NCBI RefSeq assembly: GCF_009914755.1
Contig: NC_060930.1
Length of the DNA: 64,000 nucleotides
Strand: one strand, 5' to 3'
DNA from: the human T2T-CHM13v2.0 reference genome, Homo sapiens
Of this stretch, positions 57,021 to 64,000 are shown in pieces. The notes under the pieces are model-generated. The model did not search any database and was not told the origin of the DNA. It worked only from the letters and a program-made list of their open reading frames with translations. The position numbers were made by a program, and so were the translations under genes. How positions within the stretch are numbered: the first letter of the stretch is position 1; each line of letters begins with the position of its first letter.

Positions 57021-57789
57021 GAAAGAAATAAAACAAGCCATGACTAATTGAAGATTTTGGATGGTACAAGCAGATTCATCATTAAAAATAATGCTAAAAG
57101 TGTTTTAATGTAGTCAACTTCAAAACATTTGTTTAATATGAACATTCTATGCTTAATGTTAAATATTAAGCAAATATAAACTCAGAACTACATAACAGTC
57201 TTTTAAGTAGAGACTACCATCATCAGCTAGTATATTCACAGGCAGAGACAGCCACTGAGAACCAAAAGGGCAGTTGTCATGCCCGGAATCATGCGGAGCT
57301 AAACTTTAGGAAAAACACATAACCATTTTACATAGACAATAGAAGGTGAGATGACTGCAAGGTGGTCAGTCAATCTGCCACTGTGTATAACCTGCAAGAA
57401 CTTGGATAGTCAGAATGTTGGACTTACCTTTCAATCTCTGGTCATAGATAAAGCCTTGCTTCTCTGGCTATGATATTCTATTTGGGGTAGAGCTGGGAGA
57501 CAGGACCATTGGGTTTCTGACTTCTTCTGGGTCTGAGGCTTCCATCCTCTCAGGCATGTCCCTCTGACCCACTTACTTCAGCACTAAAATGACATATTCC
57601 TAGTCCCTGGAGTACTGATTGATTCCCTCTCCCTGGCACCACTCTCTTTCCTCAACCCAAATATTCTAGAAAAGTCAGCACCTGCTGCAAGGACCAACTT
57701 GTTAAGCAGCACTTTGTTCTAACATCTACCCTCTTGAACTTCTGGGATTCTACTCAGAAAGTGTTGGACTAAATGAGCACAGTCAGTAA

Positions 57790-58025
57790 GTTCTGAGCAA
57801 ACATTACATGTGGGAATTCCATTCCCATTTTGTCACTTACTGGCTGTGATGCCTAGAGCATACTTTGACCTCTCTGACCTCAAACGTCATCATCACAAAA
57901 CAGAAAATAACAGTAACTATCTAATAGTGTTATGGTGATGAAATAATGCCATGGAAATGATGCTAGACAAAATTCTTAGCCTTGTGTCTAACAGAGAGTA
58001 AATTCTCAATCAATGATAGCTAACA
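57790..58025 (+). mobile_element. MIR
   Basis: TCACTTACTGGCTGTGA..ACCTCTCTGACCTCA..AAATAACAGTAACTATCT..TCTCAATCAATGATAGCTA. Confidence 0.8.
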
Positions 58026-61000
58026 TTTTCTAGCAGAATAAAAAGCCCTATCTCAGTGGTTCCTCTTTATTTAGCATCCCTCCTTCACCTCCTTTGGTCC
58101 AATGGTCCAGGTACTTATGTTTTTATGTTTTAAGCTACAGTGTGAGTTGGGAAATGATAACTAGAGTCATTATCTAACCTCACAATATCACACAGAGGTT
58201 TGCCTTAAAAATATTAACTTCTATAAATTTATTCCCAAAGCATAAACATGCCATTTTATTTTTTTGACTAAAAGGAAACATAAGCTAGTACCACAGCCTG
58301 TCTGGCATTTTTTAAATGCATAAACATGTGTTTACTATTGTGTAAAACAGCTGTAATTTGACTGTCATTGATTAATTCTAGTTATGTTTGGTTTATGTCC
58401 TTCATGCACAGTCACAAAGAATTTACTTATATGCTTTTGTATGATTTTTTCAATTGTCCTAAGAAAGCAATTATGTGTGGAAATTTTCTTCTTCCTTTTA
58501 ACTTCATTATTGTTTAGAAACGCAATTGAATCACTCAAAGTGGTTATTGATTCTATAATCTACCAAATTCATGAAGATGGTATTATATCTTTAAATGTGT
58601 CAAAATTTAGAAGGAGATTAACTGCTTCATCATTTTATTGCTATTTTAGTGCATTTACAAAAGTCTACTGATGTTTCTGATGCTATAAATATAGGATGTG
58701 AGAAATATTACTATTCCAACTTTAAAAGAAAGGAAAATTAAAGAACTTGGTGAATCAAAATGAGTCACTGGGGACTGCTAAGAAAAGAATATACGCAGAC
58801 ATCATTTTGGTACTTTTTTCCCCTTTCTAATGTCTTTTCTCTCATCTTTTTTCTTCCTGAATTCATTTATTGCTACACCTTCTTATATATTTCTTTCTTT
58901 TTTTAAATCATCATAGCTCAGTATTTTTCTAAAAATCAAATTGCCATTTTAATAGTGATTTAAGAAAAACTCCAAGGTATATGTATATAATACTATTTTA
59001 ATGACTTTTCTGTTCATTTTCTGATAGAGAAACTCAATTTTTATAAAGACTGTAATTGTGTTGATCTGGCTACTGTTGAGCTCATAAAAGTAAGATTCTT
59101 GGGTAGCTTGCAAATTAATATGCCAGTCCAGATTTTTTTGGCATAATAAGAACATCTTTTATGTGTCAGAACAGGTTTTGATTATAACTAAATAAGTGAA
59201 AGAACAAGTATGTTGATAGGGTGACCTTTATCAAAAAGTTTGAGATTAATGATCCAAAGTACTTTTAGAGCAGGCAAAAGTTAAATAAGAATAAAATGTG
59301 TGAGTCATAGGACTACCTGTCTGTATAATTCAAATAAATAGCAATGTTTATGTTTGAACAAAAATAGCAATTTCAAAAACAAAATGAAAACAAAAGTCCA
59401 TAAATATGAAATGTCCTCACTTAATGCTTTTTTTTCCCCTGCTAAGAATAATCAAGATTACTATTTGGCTAACTCAGGCCTTATAATCACAGATATTTTT
59501 GTGCCATAAGAAATTAGGGCATTTGGAAACACAGCATTTATAATGGCTTATAGCTAGCTCATAGAAAGCATTCTTTATTTTTTCATTTATTGTTAGTGAT
59601 AGCAAACAGTATAATGTTCATTTTGCAAATGTAATATGAACAAGAAATTAAAACAGACTTATTTGTATGTTTTGGTCAAATTTTGGATAGTATATTCTGG
59701 TATCATAGTAGAATGTAACATTTTCAAGGGAGACTATGTCCAGGAGACATTGTACTTAAGCCCCTTTCCAAGGAAATAAAATACAATACAACTCTATTTA
59801 AAAATAAAATATTAGAAACTCCCTGTCTGCATATTATTGAATTTGGTTTTGTAAATGATGCAGGAAAGCAGTTTACCTCAACATCTTATAGATCTTTTTT
59901 GTGGAACTGTTTTTGTTAATTTTTTTTCATGTTATACTTTGTATCTGGTATGCTTTTCCCCCCCAACTATTTCCTCACCATTTCTCTCTCTTTCTCCATG
60001 CACTTTCATTTTTAAAGGCAAAATCCAGTGCCATATCTTTTATAAAAACTTATTTGAACTTCCTCCTGTCATATATATTTACTTATTTTAATTATTCATT
60101 GTAATTTATTCATATTCTCTCTTAGAGTGCTATTAGACTCATAAGAATCATCTCAGTGCCTTACGAGATTACAGTGTTTCATTGGAGTGCAATGTTTAGG
60201 AGGACGTAAGCCTTGGTACTTTGTTTATGGCAGGTAATCAGTACTTATTGAGTGCAGATGACATAGTGCAGATCATACCTCATGGTCTGGAGGCTTTGCC
60301 TGAATCTATCATTATCTTGTATGTAGTAATAAATGAATAACAAAAACTTATTACATGTATGCATGCATATACTTACACAATCACTTACAATACTGACAAT
60401 TTGGTACTGATGACAGTGTTAGGTAGGTAGTTATTTAATTTGGTCACTGAAACTGATGAAATTACTTCTTGACTGTCATTATTTTAACATTTTATTCATA
60501 GTAATTTGAATTGGTTTCTTAAAGTTTATTTAACAAGTATTAAAATTCAGTACTAAAATACAGTCATGAGATTTTACTATATATCAGGACAATGCTTCAA
60601 AACAATCTATGACAAACTAAATGGTAATCAAGCATATACTATATTTGTTCTTATGTCCAGTATGGTATTTGGCCTAATTTCCATAGGTTTCACATAAATA
60701 GAAATGGAAAAAAATTATGAATGTAAAATATATGAATTATTTTTAATTAATACTAGTACACCACCACAATTACCGGAAGTTGTAAATATTGAATAAAATG
60801 TAATCTACTTTAAACTTTCATGAAACTATAGAAATGTCAACCTTGAGTCTTCAATAGTTATGCCTAAATAGAATATTGAAATTTCTACTTCGGACATAGT
60901 CTTCATTGCTATAGCAATAGTTTAATCATAAAGTCAGTCACAAGATAGAATTTTATAACTATGGACACATGGCTACTCCCTTAATTCATTCTCCGTTCCT

Positions 61001-63409
61001 TCCAAGTATGCAAGGACAGTGCCAGAACCATAATGAGAAAATGTTAATGAAAGAACATCATGCAAGAACACAGGCTATTATCTCCACAGGATTCTCAGAG
61101 TTATCTGAAGTCACAGAGTGGTATAAATTCTGTAACACAGAGAAGCTGAAGTACTGCTGAGAATGTTCCATATTACCAATAGAAAATAGGACAATGGAAA
61201 CCAGAATCCATACTTTATCTATATCATCTGCACTCAATTAATACTGAGTCAAATTCTTGTTTTATTTTTTTCCTTATGACAAATAAACAATTAATTGGAT
61301 GTTTCCATTTTGTGGAACTGGGAGTTTTATTCATATTGAAATTCACAATCATGGCTTTTCATATGGAAATTTCTAGTTCTCAAGTATAGAAGGATAAAAA
61401 TTTAGCTTTTACTATTTCAAACTTTGTAAAGAGAGAACAGATCTTACTATTACATAACGCATAATGCATCCTTTACAAAGATTTCAGATTGGAAGGAAAA
61501 ATTATTTACCAAAACTATTGTGATGATTTCTTTGAAAACAAGGGCAATATTTTATAATTGAGTCATAATGGATCTAAATATCTATAAAAGATATCTTAAG
61601 TCATATGCTTAATATTATGTTGTATAATGTATTATTAATAGTATCAATATACCACTTACTAGTCCCCTAATTTATCTCCTGTCTCATAATCATGCTTTAG
61701 CTTAAGCTTCCTTTATCCTGGATAGTGCATTACCCACACTGTCTTAAAACTATTAGCTATGTCTTATTATATTACAGTAATGAAATAAAGAGTTATTAAC
61801 TAATGAATACAGAAGAATGGCAAGCCTATGTTTTAAGTTGTTTTCTTAACTTTATATTTGCATATTGCACATTGAATAGTAGACACTTAAAATCATACCA
61901 GAATTGTTGGAATGAAAGGGCATGTAAAAGTCATTTAGCCAAGCAATTTATAACTTTACTCTACCAGCAGAAATTTTTTATTTAAATAAAATTGGATATA
62001 GAACCCCAAAATACAAAACAGATGGGAAGTGTAGCAGCTCTGGTCTAAGAGAAAGAAGCAAGCTTGGCCTCATCCCCTGCAGTAGAACTCTGTAGTGCCC
62101 CAGCTTGGTGACCGTTGATCTGGTTAATTTGCCCAATCTGTTCAAAGTCTTTTTAAAACCATTTGTTTGACAGATGATAATACTGCCTCTTCTACAATAT
62201 TTCCAGAAACAAAGGACTTGGTAACTTATAACAGAGGCAATTTTGAGGGGTAAGGAATGTATCCATTATTATAAAAAGTGATGAAATATATTAAATAAAT
62301 AATATAAAATAAGAATGTATCATATAGTAAACATCCAAATAACATTTTCCCTTTATCTTATTCTTGTTATCTTTGTTGGTTATTTTGTAAAATAATCCTT
62401 CAAATATTTGCTGACACTTAGCCCTATACCCTAGATCACTCTAGGCAGAAATAAACTTCAATAAGATTGTTAAAACTTTCCTTCTGGAGGAGTGAAGTAT
62501 GTTCTGGTCCCTGCTTTGATATCCCTCGTTGATGCTGTGTTCAGGAGAAAGGGTAGCTCTGTCCTTTGGTTGTGGCCATGGAACAAAATGAAATCATATA
62601 GCAAAAGGTACATGAAGTTTGAGTTCTGATTAAAGCAGCTCCAGGGAAATATAAAGTGACTAATATTTTCAAGTCTTGGGGTCAGACAGAGATTGAAAAC
62701 CAGACTCAAAGCAAGGGGGACTGAAAAGGGAAATAGATAAGACAAAGAAAAACACTTTGGGAAACAAAATATATAGAGATCAAAAGTTAAATCCCTGTAA
62801 AGAAGGGGAAAAACATGTTATGAAGGACTTCATCCCATGAAGAAGGAACATGCTAATTAAGTATGATAATATGTTTATATGTTCCATCCACTCTGAGAAT
62901 CATCAGTGTAACAATAAGAGTCTTTCCAATCCATATAGTTATCAGTAGTCATACTTGCCACCCACTTGCTTTGGATAGTAACTCTGACATTGAAGTTGTC
63001 AGCCCAGTACTTTTCAATCTGCAGTAGTGCCATTTGTACAAATAAAATATTTCCCATCTATAACCCCAATCCTCCCTTGTCATGAATTCTCAACTGATTT
63101 ACTGGCATCAAGTCCTGTTCTATCTACTTTCATTTATGCCACCATTGCTTTCTCAGGAAGTGAGGTTGGAGCTTACCTCATACGGAGAAAAATACCAAAA
63201 GTGGTTATATGTTCAATATTTAAGAATAAGCAAACAAAAATAACAACAGAAAATCCAGGAGCAATTTAAGTCTTGTGAGAGACACTGGGACACAGGAGAA
63301 AGACCAAAGCACAGATGAGGATGGGGAAGAGCATCATTTCATCAGTGTTAGCACTGGTACCTATGGAACATTAACTATCTATTAGGTCTCTTGCTTGACT
63401 CCGAGTTTT

Positions 63410-63575
63410 GGACATTAAAATACCTATTTTAATTATTAATACTCTATACATTTTATAAGTGAGTAAATAGAATTGAGTGCTGGAGAAGTCCAATATCACA
63501 GAGCTAGTAAGTGGTAAAAAGCCAAAATTATAAAACAGTCTGACTTCCGAAGCTCAAACTTTCAATTAAGACTTT
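63410..63575 (-). mobile_element. MIR
   Basis: CCAATATCACAGAGCTAGTAAGTGG..CAGTCTGACTTCC. Confidence 0.8.
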
Positions 63576-63899
63576 TAACTTTGAAAAATGAGCTAATACC
63601 CAAAACAGAAGAAAATTGTACATAACTTACATTTTCTCGTCTGAAAAAGTAAAAATATTTGAAATCTAAAATAAGAGATAAAAATTGATAAAATAAAAAA
63701 CTTAAAGAAAGTGGGACCTGGGGGAGAGGCAGGCTGGAAAAAAGGGAGGAGAAAATATAAGTATAGGCTATAAAGGCAAAAGCATAATTATGAATTGCCA
63801 GCTATATTAGGAATGCTTAAATCAGAACTGGTATGCATAAACTTAAGTATATGATAAGGAGAGCTGGGAAGATGTTCCAGGATGTAAGAAATGGGTAAA

Positions 63900-64000
63900 A
63901 GTTTTTTTTAAAAATCGGAGATTTAGTACTAAAAAGAAATGAGCTATCAAGCCAGGAAAAGCATGTGGTACTTTAAATGCATATTACTAAGTGAAAGAAG
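63900..64000 (+). mobile_element. L1M (MB/MC-like) 3' fragment running off the right edge
   Basis: AAAAAGAAATGAGCTATCAAGCCA..TTAAATGCATATTACTAAGTGAAAGAAG. Confidence 0.75.

Noticed and set aside
62875-63269. Short ORFs near the right end
   Set aside because: No homology recognised and no splice signals; possibly an old repeat

Overview
AT-rich, CpG-poor primate (human-like) genomic DNA, intronic or intergenic. It is dominated by decayed interspersed repeats: six Alus, two large L1s, several L1/L2/MIR fragments, THE1/MST MaLR elements, a near full-length Tigger2 carrying nested insertions, and MER20. I find no intact protein-coding gene, RNA gene or CRISPR array; the ORF track consists of repeat remnants or chance ORFs. 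The best non-repeat signal is a candidate minus-strand promoter and first exon near 53.8-54.4 kb (Kozak ACCATGG, Met-Glu-Gln-Phe, then a GTAAG donor, with CpG retention, a GC box and an E-box). Other notable structures are a palindromic AT-rich repeat (7.04-7.31 kb), a 145-bp unique segment copied into a MIR 1.6 kb away, and a SOX/POU/TCF motif cluster (22.2 kb). I cannot support a new biological system here. Repeat subfamily names come from recalled consensus motifs, not from a database search, and boundaries of old repeats are approximate.
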